64,000 nucleotides of DNA from Candidatus Wolfebacteria bacterium (GTDB taxonomy: Bacteria; Patescibacteriota; Minisyncoccia; UBA6257; UBA9933). Numbering within the stretch: the stretch's first letter is position 1; every line of letters starts with the position of its first letter. Below, piece by piece: positions 55,205-64,000 of this stretch. Where the stretch lies: the NCBI GenBank assembly GCA_016188075.1, contig JACPIO010000017.1, positions 23,406 to 87,405 on the forward strand, in the 5' to 3' direction. The notes under the pieces are model-generated. The model did no database searches. It was not told the origin of the DNA and saw only the letters and a program-made list of their open reading frames with translations. The translations under genes were made by a program, and so were the position numbers.

Positions 55205-56140
55205 TTAGTAGCAAATTTCACGGCCGGAAAATTTCGACTGGATTTTAATGACGCCGGCGCCGGGGACGACCTCGCCGATGATTTCGGCATCCAAAGAATG
55301 AAGCATCGGGAGGTATTGAATAGCGTCATATTTAGACATCCCCAAAATAAAACCAATGCCGCAGTTGAACGTTTGGTACATTTCCTCGTCGGTTATTCCG
55401 TGTCCGTAAATTTCATAAAATATCCGATGGGGCCGAAGGTTGTAATTAGAGCCGATGTTGATGTCGGCATCCGGCGGAAGAATATCTTTCAATTTCGTAA
55501 AAGCGCCGCCGGTTATATGCATCATTCCGTGGATATTGATTTTATCGAGGAGCGACCAAACATTTTTAAAATAGATTTTGGTCGGGAAAATAAATTCGGG
55601 CCGAGGCTCTTCGCCGAACAATTCCCGAACCTTGGTAAAACCATTCGAATGAAGACCATTGCTCGTGAACCCCACCAGAAGATCGCCGACTTGAAGCTCA
55701 TTCGCTTTTATTTCTTTCACGAAGCCAAGCATCGCGATACCGATCTCCAACCCTTCCTGGGTATCGTGAATAGCGGTTTCGCCGCGCGGAATCACAATTT
55801 GCCGCTCCCGACACTCCAAGACCAAACTGCTTAAAATTCCCAAAATGGCGTCCTTGTCGTCTCTGGGCAAAAAAACATGATCAATCAAGGCGTAAGGCAT
55901 CGCCCGCGCCATCAACATATCGTTTAAATTCATCGCCATGGCGTCAAGGACGGCGTTCTTAAAAGTTCGCCTCTTCCAGTGATAGATCCCCTTGGTGCCG
56001 ACGCCGTCCGCGTGGTGAAATTCCGGATAGAAAAATTTTTTGTAAAGCACGCCGTCTTTGACCAAGGCGTAGGGCGTTTCCCATGTTTGCCTCACCAAAG
56101 AGACAATCTCGTCTTTATAAGGCTTGGTCGGATTGTACAT
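55205..56140 (-). CDS. purM: AIR synthase (phosphoribosylformylglycinamidine cyclo-ligase)
   Basis: DGVGTK, AMNLND, GETA, SNGLHSNGF, HITGG, TFNCGIG. Confidence 0.88.
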   Translation of the reverse strand: MYNPTKPYKDEIVSLVRQTWETPYALVKDGVLYKKFFYPEFHHADGVGTKGIYHWKRRTFKNAVLDAMAMNLNDMLMARAMPYALIDHVFLPRDDKDAILGILSSLVLECRERQIVIPRGETAIHDTQEGLEIGIAMLGFVKEIKANELQVGDLLVGFTSNGLHSNGFTKVRELFGEEPRPEFIFPTKIYFKNVWSLLDKINIHGMMHITGGAFTKLKDILPPDADINIGSNYNLRPHRIFYEIYGHGITDEEMYQTFNCGIGFILGMSKYDAIQYLPMLHSLDAEIIGEVVPGAGVIKIQSKFSGREICY

Positions 56141-59100
56141 TAAGAAATTTTTTTCAAGCCCATCCAGATTGGTTGATTTTCGAATTGAGTTTCGAGTTCC
56201 GCGTCAAATTTTTCTGATTTCCTAAACTCCACATTTTTCGCTCCGATTTTCAACTTAAATTGATTGACCTGCTTCCCGAGTGCTTCCCGGACCCACGGCG
56301 GCGCCTCGAGCCATAAATAAATTTTGTCTTTGGGCAAATAACCGGCCTTCTGCCGCAAATCCTGAACAATTCGAACAAAATCTCTTAAAATTCCTTCTTC
56401 GCGCAAGGCCGGAGTGATTTTCGTGTCCAGCTCGACCTCATTTTTAATTTTCGCATCGAAAATAATTTTTTTGACGTTAATTTCGTCGGCAAGAATTTTT
56501 AATAGTTCCTGATTTTTTCTAATTTCTAACTTCTCATTTTTAATTTCTAATTTCTGTAGCGGCTGCCTGATTTTGACCCTGGCTTGGGCCCGCGCTTCAA
56601 GCGCCAAAGAAGCAAGGCGCCGAATTTCTTTCATCTGATAAATCAGTTTTTTTTCGGATGGGCTTAATTTTTCTACCTTAGGCCAACCCGCCAAATGGAC
56701 CGATTCGTGATGCGCGCCCTCTGAATCCTTGTTTAATTTTAAATGCAAAAGGTCGGCCAAAAATGGCACAAAGGGCGCCGTGACTTTGGAAAGTTCGCTT
56801 AGAATAAATTGGGTCGTCGCGATTGCTTCTTTTTTATTTTTCGCGCCCCTTGAGCCATTGTCCGATTTAAATCTTTCGCGGGAGCGGCGGATGTACCACG
56901 TTGACAGGTCGTCGATAAAATCAGCGATGGGGCGAACCGCTTGGTCGAGTTCGTAACCATCCATAGCTTTTGAGACGGAACCAACCAACTCTTTAAGCCG
57001 CCCTAAAATCCATAAGTCTAAAAGATTTTTAGTCGTTTGTCGTTTGTCGTTAGTCGTTAGTATTTTCCGACCTGCGTAGATTTCGTAAAAACTAAAAACA
57101 TTTAAAAGCCGCAAAATTACTTTTTTATAAATTTCGTCCACTCCTTTTTCGGAAAAATTGAGATCTTCGGCGCGGACGGCCGGCGAAGATAAAAGATAGA
57201 AACGAAGAGTGTCAACGCCGTATTTAGCCACAATATCCATCGGGTCGGGGTAATTTTTAAGCCGTTTGCTCATTTTCTGGCCGTCTTCGGCGAGGACGAT
57301 ACCGTTTACAATCACATTTTTAAAAGCTGGCTTGCCAAAAAGAGACGTTCCTAAAACATGGAGCGTGTAGAACCAACCGCGAGTCATGTCAACTCCTTCG
57401 GCGATAAATTTCGCCGGAAAGTTCTTTTCGAATTTGGCTTTGTTTTCAAAAGGATAATGCGATTGGCCGTAGGGCATGGCGCCGGACTCAAACCAACAAT
57501 CAAAAACATACTCCACGCGCTTCATCTTGCTACCGCAGGAGCAATTAATCTCAAATTCATCAATATAAGGACGATGGAGGTCAAGCTCAAAATTATCGTT
57601 ATGCGGCAATGGAGAAAAATCCAGCCTCATCATTGCTCCGGTTTTTATAAAATCGTCTTCTTGCGCTTTTTTGATCACGACTGATTTTTTGTCGTCAGCG
57701 CCAATGGCGCCGGCCGCCATTAGCCAAATCGGATACTCGTGGCTCACAATTAAAATCTTTTTATTTTTATAACGGGAATTAATCTCATAAAGAAATTCTG
57801 TTACGCGGTTTTTCAGTTCGGTTAAATTTTCGCCTTGAGGAGGATTTTTCACGAATCTTTCTAAAAGAGGGGCGTAGGCGCGGTAATTCCGGATTGATTC
57901 GCCGTCAAACGCGCCCGTATTTACCTCGCGCAATCGCTTATCAAAAATAATTTTTTCTCTTGGCAGATTAAGCGCTTCTTTTAAGATAAAAGTTGTTTCT
58001 TTGGATCGGAAAAAGTCCGAAGAAAAAATTAAATCAATTTTTTCTTTTCGGAGTTTTTTGGCCGTCTCCCTAACCTCTTCGCGGCCGCGCGGAGTTAAAG
58101 GATACTTAGTGCTTTTTTTAACATCAGAACTTAAAACATTTAATACGTTGTGCCGAGCTTCGCCGTGCCGCATCAAAAAATATTGATTGTCGGATTTGGG
58201 AAGGGCATCCTTTAATTCCTGAAGCGAACCAATTATTTTAATTCCATTGCAGGATTTAGGATTTAGGATTTCGGATTTCCCTGCTTGGCAGCGCCAAACA
58301 GGGATGGGCGCTCCCCAATAGCGCGAACGGGAAATAGCCCAATCCGGCGCGTCCTCGAGCCCTCTGCCAAAACGACCATCTTTCAAGTGTTTCGGAACCC
58401 AATTTATTTTTTGATTATTGGAGAGCAAGTCATTTTTTATTGCCGTCACCTTCACAAACCAGGACGAGGCGGCATAATTCAAAAGAGGCGTTTCGCACCG
58501 CCAGCAATGCGGATAAGAATGAGTGATTCTTTCAGATTTAAAAAGCTTGTCTTTTTTTTCTAAAAGCTCAATGATTTTGTTGTCAGTGGACTCGTGCTCG
58601 CCCTTGGGTTTTACGGGCAAGCCGGAAAAATCTTTGACTTCCGGTTTGAACCTGCCGTCCATTCCCACGTGCTGAATAAAAGGCAGATCATATTTTTGGC
58701 CGAGGGCCATATCATCTGCTCCGAAAGCCGGTGCAATATGAACAATGCCCGTGCCTTCATCGGTTTTTACAAAATCCGCCGGATAAATCCTCCAACCATT
58801 TCTGCGTTGTTCTGCGTTTATTTCCGCGTCGTTCTGCGGTTTAGCATAATAGTCAAAAAGCGGTTTGTATTTTTTACCGATAAGATCGCGGGCGTCTACG
58901 CTTCGGACAATTTTATATTCTTTGCCAAAAACAGATTCTACGCGAGACTCGGCAAGAATATACGCGTTGCCGGGAATTTGCCCTTCGACTTTTACATATT
59001 TAACCTTTGGATTTACCGCGAGCGCCGCGTTGCCCGGCAGGGTCCAAGGAGTAGTGGTCCAAGCGAGTAAATAGTTTTTAGTTTTCGGTTTTTGGTTTTT

Positions 59101-59763
59101 GGTTTCTTCCAATTCAAATTCAACAATCACTGACGAATCCTCAATATCCTTATATCCCTGGGCCACCTCGAAATTGGAAAGGGTGGTTTCGCAGCGCGGA
59201 CAAATGTGCATTGACTTGTAGCCCTCGTAAATCAGTTTTTTGTCGTAAAGGGTCTTGAAAACCCACCAGACCGATTCGGTGTATTCCGAATCCATTGTCC
59301 GATAGTCATTTTCCATATCTACCCAACGGCCGATCCGCGGGATAATTTTTTTCCAGTCACTTACGTAGCGGAGCACTTCGTTCCGCGCCGCTTCGTTAAA
59401 TTTTCCGACGCCGAATTTTTCAATGTCTTTTTTAGTTTCGAGACTTAAATTCTGCTCGATGATATTTTCAATAGGCAAACCATGGCAATCCCAACCCCAT
59501 TTACGCTCCACGCGATAGCCTTTCATCGTTTGATAACGGGGGATAACGTCCTTAATCACGCTCGCCAAAATATGGCCGTAGTGCGGCAGGCCGGTCGCAA
59601 AAGGCGGGCCATCGTAGAAAACGTAGTCTTTCCGCGTTAATCCGCGTCCAGTCCGCGTAGTTCTGCTCTTGAAAGATTTCTCGAAAATCCGATGCTCCTG
59701 CCAGTATTTCAGGATTTTTTCCTCAAGTTCGAAGGGTTTAAGATTTTTAAGATCGCCAAACAT
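56140..59763 (-). CDS. ileS: Isoleucine--tRNA ligase with an inserted histidine-phosphatase domain
   Basis: YDGPPFATGLPHYGH, WTTTPWTLP, DWAISRSRYWG, KMSKR; internal MRHGE domain. Confidence 0.96.
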   Translation of the reverse strand: MFGDLKNLKPFELEEKILKYWQEHRIFEKSFKSRTTRTGRGLTRKDYVFYDGPPFATGLPHYGHILASVIKDVIPRYQTMKGYRVERKWGWDCHGLPIENIIEQNLSLETKKDIEKFGVGKFNEAARNEVLRYVSDWKKIIPRIGRWVDMENDYRTMDSEYTESVWWVFKTLYDKKLIYEGYKSMHICPRCETTLSNFEVAQGYKDIEDSSVIVEFELEETKNQKPKTKNYLLAWTTTPWTLPGNAALAVNPKVKYVKVEGQIPGNAYILAESRVESVFGKEYKIVRSVDARDLIGKKYKPLFDYYAKPQNDAEINAEQRRNGWRIYPADFVKTDEGTGIVHIAPAFGADDMALGQKYDLPFIQHVGMDGRFKPEVKDFSGLPVKPKGEHESTDNKIIELLEKKDKLFKSERITHSYPHCWRCETPLLNYAASSWFVKVTAIKNDLLSNNQKINWVPKHLKDGRFGRGLEDAPDWAISRSRYWGAPIPVWRCQAGKSEILNPKSCNGIKIIGSLQELKDALPKSDNQYFLMRHGEARHNVLNVLSSDVKKSTKYPLTPRGREEVRETAKKLRKEKIDLIFSSDFFRSKETTFILKEALNLPREKIIFDKRLREVNTGAFDGESIRNYRAYAPLLERFVKNPPQGENLTELKNRVTEFLYEINSRYKNKKILIVSHEYPIWLMAAGAIGADDKKSVVIKKAQEDDFIKTGAMMRLDFSPLPHNDNFELDLHRPYIDEFEINCSCGSKMKRVEYVFDCWFESGAMPYGQSHYPFENKAKFEKNFPAKFIAEGVDMTRGWFYTLHVLGTSLFGKPAFKNVIVNGIVLAEDGQKMSKRLKNYPDPMDIVAKYGVDTLRFYLLSSPAVRAEDLNFSEKGVDEIYKKVILRLLNVFSFYEIYAGRKILTTNDKRQTTKNLLDLWILGRLKELVGSVSKAMDGYELDQAVRPIADFIDDLSTWYIRRSRERFKSDNGSRGAKNKKEAIATTQFILSELSKVTAPFVPFLADLLHLKLNKDSEGAHHESVHLAGWPKVEKLSPSEKKLIYQMKEIRRLASLALEARAQARVKIRQPLQKLEIKNEKLEIRKNQELLKILADEINVKKIIFDAKIKNEVELDTKITPALREEGILRDFVRIVQDLRQKAGYLPKDKIYLWLEAPPWVREALGKQVNQFKLKIGAKNVEFRKSEKFDAELETQFENQPIWMGLKKIS

Positions 59764-60003
59764 AGCACACGAATAGCACTCGCTCGCACTTCATACTCGC
59801 GAAACACGAACGTGCCCACTCGAATAAGATTCTATAAAAATAGCGGAAAAATGAGAATTTGTCTAATTGAACTTTATTGGATTTTATGGAAAACAAAAGA
59901 GGGGTGAAAGGCAATAAGACAACGACACGCCCACAAGGGTCCCAAAATGTTTACCTCTTAAAAGATTAATCTTTTATAATATACAAACTTTTGGGGACAT
60001 TCT

Positions 60004-60912
60004 TTATTTTCTTCGCCTCCCGTGAAACGCTCGGTGAACTTCTTTCAACTCTTTATTAGTAATGTGAGTGTAAATTTGAGTGGTGGAAATGTTGGAGTGA
60101 CCCAAGAGTTCTTGAACTGAACGCAGATCCGCGCCGCCGATTAATAAATCCGTTGCGAATTGGTGGCGAAGCTGGTGCGGGGTAACGTGATCCGGAATAC
60201 CGGCTTTCCTTGTGTAAAAATTTACCAATCTCTGCACTGCCCGCGGAATAATCCGGCCTATCACCCTTGGTTGTTTGTTGTTAGTTGTTCGTTGTGAGTT
60301 TTTGCTCAAACTCACAAACATCGCTTCTTCGGCGTCACCTCTTTTATCCAAATAATTTTTGATGGCTTTTTTGGCCCGGTCGGAGAAAAAAACCACCCGC
60401 AATTTATCGCCTTTGCCCCGCACGCTGATTTCGCCTCTTTCCAAATCAAGATAGCGATTCAAACCGCAAAGTTCGGAAATCCGGAGGCCGGTGGAAAATA
60501 GAGTTTCCAAAATGGCTTTGTCCCGAAGCGAGCGCAAATCATTGCCCTTGGGTGCGTCCAGCAATCTTTCCAAATCTTTATATTCCAGGATTTCAATCTG
60601 GCGCTCCGGAATTTTCGGCAGTTCGATTTTATCAGGAGATAAAACCGGAATATCGCGCTTGATTAAATATTTTAAAAAACTCCGCAAAGCAATAATATAA
60701 TAGCTTTGGGTATTTTTTTTGATATTTCTTCGCGCTAAGTCGAGTCGAAAGTCGCGCACCGCCTCCGCCGTAACGTCTTTTTCATTTTTTATTTTCGCAA
60801 AATTTAAAAACGCCGCAAGATACCTTTCATAATTTTCCCGCGTTTTAATCGAACGATTTTTCTCGATTTCGAGGTAATTAAGGTAATCAATGAGAAGTTT
60901 ATTTATATCCAT
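60004..60912 (-). CDS. XerC/XerD-family tyrosine recombinase
   Basis: TGLRISEL, GKGDK.R, HQLRHQFAT, QELLGHSNISTTQIYTH. Confidence 0.93.
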   Translation of the reverse strand: MDINKLLIDYLNYLEIEKNRSIKTRENYERYLAAFLNFAKIKNEKDVTAEAVRDFRLDLARRNIKKNTQSYYIIALRSFLKYLIKRDIPVLSPDKIELPKIPERQIEILEYKDLERLLDAPKGNDLRSLRDKAILETLFSTGLRISELCGLNRYLDLERGEISVRGKGDKLRVVFFSDRAKKAIKNYLDKRGDAEEAMFVSLSKNSQRTTNNKQPRVIGRIIPRAVQRLVNFYTRKAGIPDHVTPHQLRHQFATDLLIGGADLRSVQELLGHSNISTTQIYTHITNKELKEVHRAFHGRRRK

Positions 60913-61023
60913 AAGTCATGATTCAAGATTTATGATTTAGGATTTATGAAGAGATGTCGCACATTAATTTTAGCACATGCGAGTTTACTTATCTATCGAT
61001 TTGGTATTATTATGGAAATAACT

Positions 61024-62307
61024 ATGCGAGACAAAATTTTGAAAAAATTAGTGAGGGAAGAAGCAAGGCGGCAGGCGGAGACGCTTGACCTTATTCCCTC
61101 GGAAAACATTGTTTCCAAGGAAATTTTGCGGATTCTGGGGTCGCCCTTAACAAATAAATATTCCGAAGGGTACCCGGGAAAGCGCTATTATGCTGGCAAC
61201 AAAATCGTTGACGAGATCGAACTTCTGGCGCAGGAGCGGGCACGAAAGGTTTTTCGATTAGGGAAAAACTGGCATGTGAATGTTCAGCCGTATTCAGGAT
61301 CGCCGGCTAACGCCGCCGTGTATCTGGCGCTCCTCAAACCGAAAGACAAAATTATGGGAATGAATCTCTCCTCGGGCGGCCACCTTACCCATGGATCGCG
61401 CGTGAGCTTTTCCGGAAAATTTTTCACCTCTGTTCCATTTGACGTCGAGCGAGACGGATTTCTAAATTACAGCAATCTCCGAAAACTTGCCCGAAAAGAA
61501 AAACCAAAAATCATCGTGGCCGGATTTACCGCTTATCCACGCATTGTTGATTTCAAAAAATTTAGCGCGATCGCGAAGGAAATCGGTGCTTATTTAATGG
61601 TTGATATGGCGCATATTGCCGGGCTCGTAGCTTCAGGAGCGCATCCCTCGCCATTCCCTTACGCAGATGTAGTAACAACGACCACCCACAAAACTTTGCG
61701 CGGACCCAGAGGAGCAATCATATTTGTAAACAAAAATTCAAAATTCATTTTTGCGAAACAAATCCCCGGAGGGTCAAATCAAAAATCAAAATTATCAATC
61801 GCCGATGCGATTGATCGGGCGGTTTTCCCGGGTCTTCAGGGCGGCCCGCACGATAATCAGACTGCGGCTATTGCCCAATGTCTTTACGAAGCAATGCAAC
61901 CATCATTTAAAAAATACGGCTGGCAGATTGTCAAAAACGCCAAGGCGCTGGCTCGGGAATTAATAAAATTGGGTTTCAATTTGGTTTCCGGCGGCACGGA
62001 TAATCATTTAATGTTAATTGATTTAACCAATATGGGAATTTCCGGACGCGAGGCACAGGACGCACTCGAAGAAGTCGGGATTATTGTAAACAGGAATACT
62101 ATCCCTTATGACACCCGCTCGCCATTTGATCCATCCGGAATCAGAATCGGCACGCCGAGTTTAACCACGCGCGGAATGAAAGAAAGAGAAATGAAAAGAA
62201 TCGCGGAGCTAATTTATTTAACCCTGACCAAAAAAGAAAAACCGGCTCTAATCAAAAAAGAGATTCAAAAACTCTGCCAAAAATTTCCAATCGAGCGGCA
62301 GCTTTAA
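61024..62307 (+). CDS. glyA: Serine hydroxymethyltransferase
   Basis: LIPSEN, NKYSEGYPGKRYY, TTTTHKTLRGPRG, FPGLQGGP, SGIRIGT; ATG at 61024. Confidence 0.97.
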   Translation: MRDKILKKLVREEARRQAETLDLIPSENIVSKEILRILGSPLTNKYSEGYPGKRYYAGNKIVDEIELLAQERARKVFRLGKNWHVNVQPYSGSPANAAVYLALLKPKDKIMGMNLSSGGHLTHGSRVSFSGKFFTSVPFDVERDGFLNYSNLRKLARKEKPKIIVAGFTAYPRIVDFKKFSAIAKEIGAYLMVDMAHIAGLVASGAHPSPFPYADVVTTTTHKTLRGPRGAIIFVNKNSKFIFAKQIPGGSNQKSKLSIADAIDRAVFPGLQGGPHDNQTAAIAQCLYEAMQPSFKKYGWQIVKNAKALARELIKLGFNLVSGGTDNHLMLIDLTNMGISGREAQDALEEVGIIVNRNTIPYDTRSPFDPSGIRIGTPSLTTRGMKEREMKRIAELIYLTLTKKEKPALIKKEIQKLCQKFPIERQL

Positions 62308-62324
62308 AGCTACCGCTTTAAAAA

Positions 62325-63190
62325 ATGATTATTGACGGGAAAGCGATAGCGGAAAAAATTATCGCCGATTTAAAAAAACAACCAATTCCCAAAAAGATTC
62401 TGGCGGCGGTTTTGGTGGGCGAAAATGCGGCTTCGGTTTCATTTTTAAAACAAAAAGAAAAAATTGCCAAGGAATTAGGGGTAGATTTTAGAATTTATAA
62501 ACTTAGCGAAGGCCTGAAAAGCGACGGTCTGCGAAAGGAAGTTGGAAGAATCGCGAGGCAAAGTAGGGTGGGCGGGATTATCGTCCAATTACCTCTGCCT
62601 CAAGGCATAAACCGGCGATATGTTTTAAACGCCATTCCCTTGGAAAAAGACGTTGATGTTTTGAGCGAAAAAGCGCAGGAAGCGTTTCGGCTGGGAAAAA
62701 GCAAAATTTTGCCGCCGAAGCGTTTCGGCTGGGAAAAAGCAAAATTTTGCCGCCGGCAGTTGGCGTCGTTGAAGAAATTATTCATGCTTCAGGCTTCACG
62801 CTTCATGATTCACGAGTTGCCGTCGTGGGCCTTGGCTTTTTAGTTGGAAAGCCGATTTCCGAATGGCTTAGGGACAAAACCAAAGAATTGTATTTATTAG
62901 ATAAAGGCGATGATTTTTCTGTTTTGAAAAACGCTGACTTAGTGATTACTGGTGTTGGCCAAGCCGGAATTATAAAGCCCGAGATGTTAAAAGACGGCGC
63001 CGGCGTAGTTGATTTCGGGTACTCCATTGATACGGCCGGCAAAATCCACGGCGACTTCGACACTCAATTACCAGTTACTAATTACCAATTACTGCGTTTT
63101 TATACAAAAACTCCGGGCGGCACCGGCCCGATACTGGTCGCGAAACTTTTTGAGAATTTTTATAGTTTGTGCTTACATCAAAAATCTTAA
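62325..63190 (+). pseudogene. folD: FolD, frameshifted by a 38-bp tandem duplication (62679-62754)
   Basis: IIDGK, GIIVQLPLP, KDVD in one frame; VGKPI, VVDFG, GDFD, TPGGTGP in another. Confidence 0.85.
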
Positions 63191-63259
63191 TTAATGAAGC
63201 ACAAAATATATCGCTGGCTACCTTAATTAAAACACTGAAAGCCAGCGATATAGGTTGAA

Positions 63260-64000
63260 TCAGGAAACGGTTTGAGTTTTCATCGCCGCCAGCGTTTTCT
63301 TTTTTATTTCCTCCAGAAGTTTTTTGTCTCCTTTTAATTTTTCGCGGCTGGCCTCCGCTCCAACTCCTAATTTTTCATTCTCGAAACTTAAAGTGTTGCC
63401 GGTTTTTTTAACAACCCCGGCCCTCAAAGCCACGTTCAAAACATCGCCTTCATAAGAAATCCCTTCGCCGTACATAATATCAAACTCGGCGATCTTGAAG
63501 GGCGGGGCCACCTTGTTCTTCGCCACTTTGGCGCGGGTGCGATTGCCAATGACGTCTTCGCCTTTTTTTATCTGGGCAATGCGTCTTAAATCAATTCTCA
63601 CTGACGCGTAAAATTTTAAGGCCCGGCCGCCCGGAGTGGTCGTCGGATCGCCATAACCCATCATTCCGATTTTATCCCGAAGCTGGTTTATAAAAATAAT
63701 CAAGGTGTTGGCGCGGTCGGCGATGGCCGTGATTTTGCGAAGACATTGACTCATCATCCGCGCCTGAAGTCCGATAAACTGGGCGCCCATTTCGCCTTCA
63801 ATTTCGGCCTTGGGAGTCAAAGCCGCGACCGAGTCAACAACCACAATGTCAATCATTTGCGACCGGACCAAACTTTCCAAGATATTTAAAGCGTCTTCCC
63901 CGGAATCCGGCTGGGAAATGATAAGATCACTAAGCTTCACTCCTAATTTTTGGGCGTACTCGGGATCCAAGGCGTGCTCCGCGTCAATGTAAGCGGCTTT
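63260..64000 (-). CDS. recA: Recombinase A (5'-partial)
   Basis: [44 protein letters not shown]. Confidence 0.98.
   Translation of the reverse strand, partial: KAAYIDAEHALDPEYAQKLGVKLSDLIISQPDSGEDALNILESLVRSQMIDIVVVDSVAALTPKAEIEGEMGAQFIGLQARMMSQCLRKITAIADRANTLIIFINQLRDKIGMMGYGDPTTTPGGRALKFYASVRIDLRRIAQIKKGEDVIGNRTRAKVAKNKVAPPFKIAEFDIMYGEGISYEGDVLNVALRAGVVKKTGNTLSFENEKLGVGAEASREKLKGDKKLLEEIKKKTLAAMKTQTVS

Noticed and set aside
59764-60003. T-box riboswitch upstream of ileS
   Set aside because: No recognisable GGTGG-ACC T-box sequence or terminator/antiterminator pair

Overview
Chromosomal segment of a small-genome bacterium, most likely Patescibacteria/CPR (Parcubacteria-like). This is an inference from the tandem VirB2-like pilins, the membrane-anchored Clp ATPase, the IleRS with an inserted His-phosphatase domain and the general lack of Shine-Dalgarno motifs. 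The backbone is housekeeping: rny, hup, ECF sigma, secG, gyrA, parB, relA/spoT, topA, dprA, polX, infC-rpmI-rplT, ssrA-smpB, argS, guaA, msrA, ppsA, purM, ileS, xer, glyA, folD, recA and five intact tRNAs. The unusual content is mostly non-coding. (1) Two paralogous 131-aa TrpR/YerC-like genes each sit in an array of their own 18-bp palindrome (8x GCTACGTTTAAACGTAGC at 16.2-17.7 kb; 4x TGTATAG-N4-CTATACA at 38.5-39.4 kb), and a third orphan palindrome has the same geometry. (2) An intact tRNA-Ile is nested inside a CCCC...GGGG inverted-repeat element within an older, broken tRNA-Ile. (3) A double-hairpin element (CC-CG..CG-AGGCT-CG..CG-G) sits at gene 3' ends with displaced copies of those ends behind it, including three tandem TopA tails. 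(4) There are four mosaic copies of an IS200/IS605-like non-autonomous element. (5) Short-period repeats are inserted in frame in many essential genes. All calls were made by eye; no database search was run.
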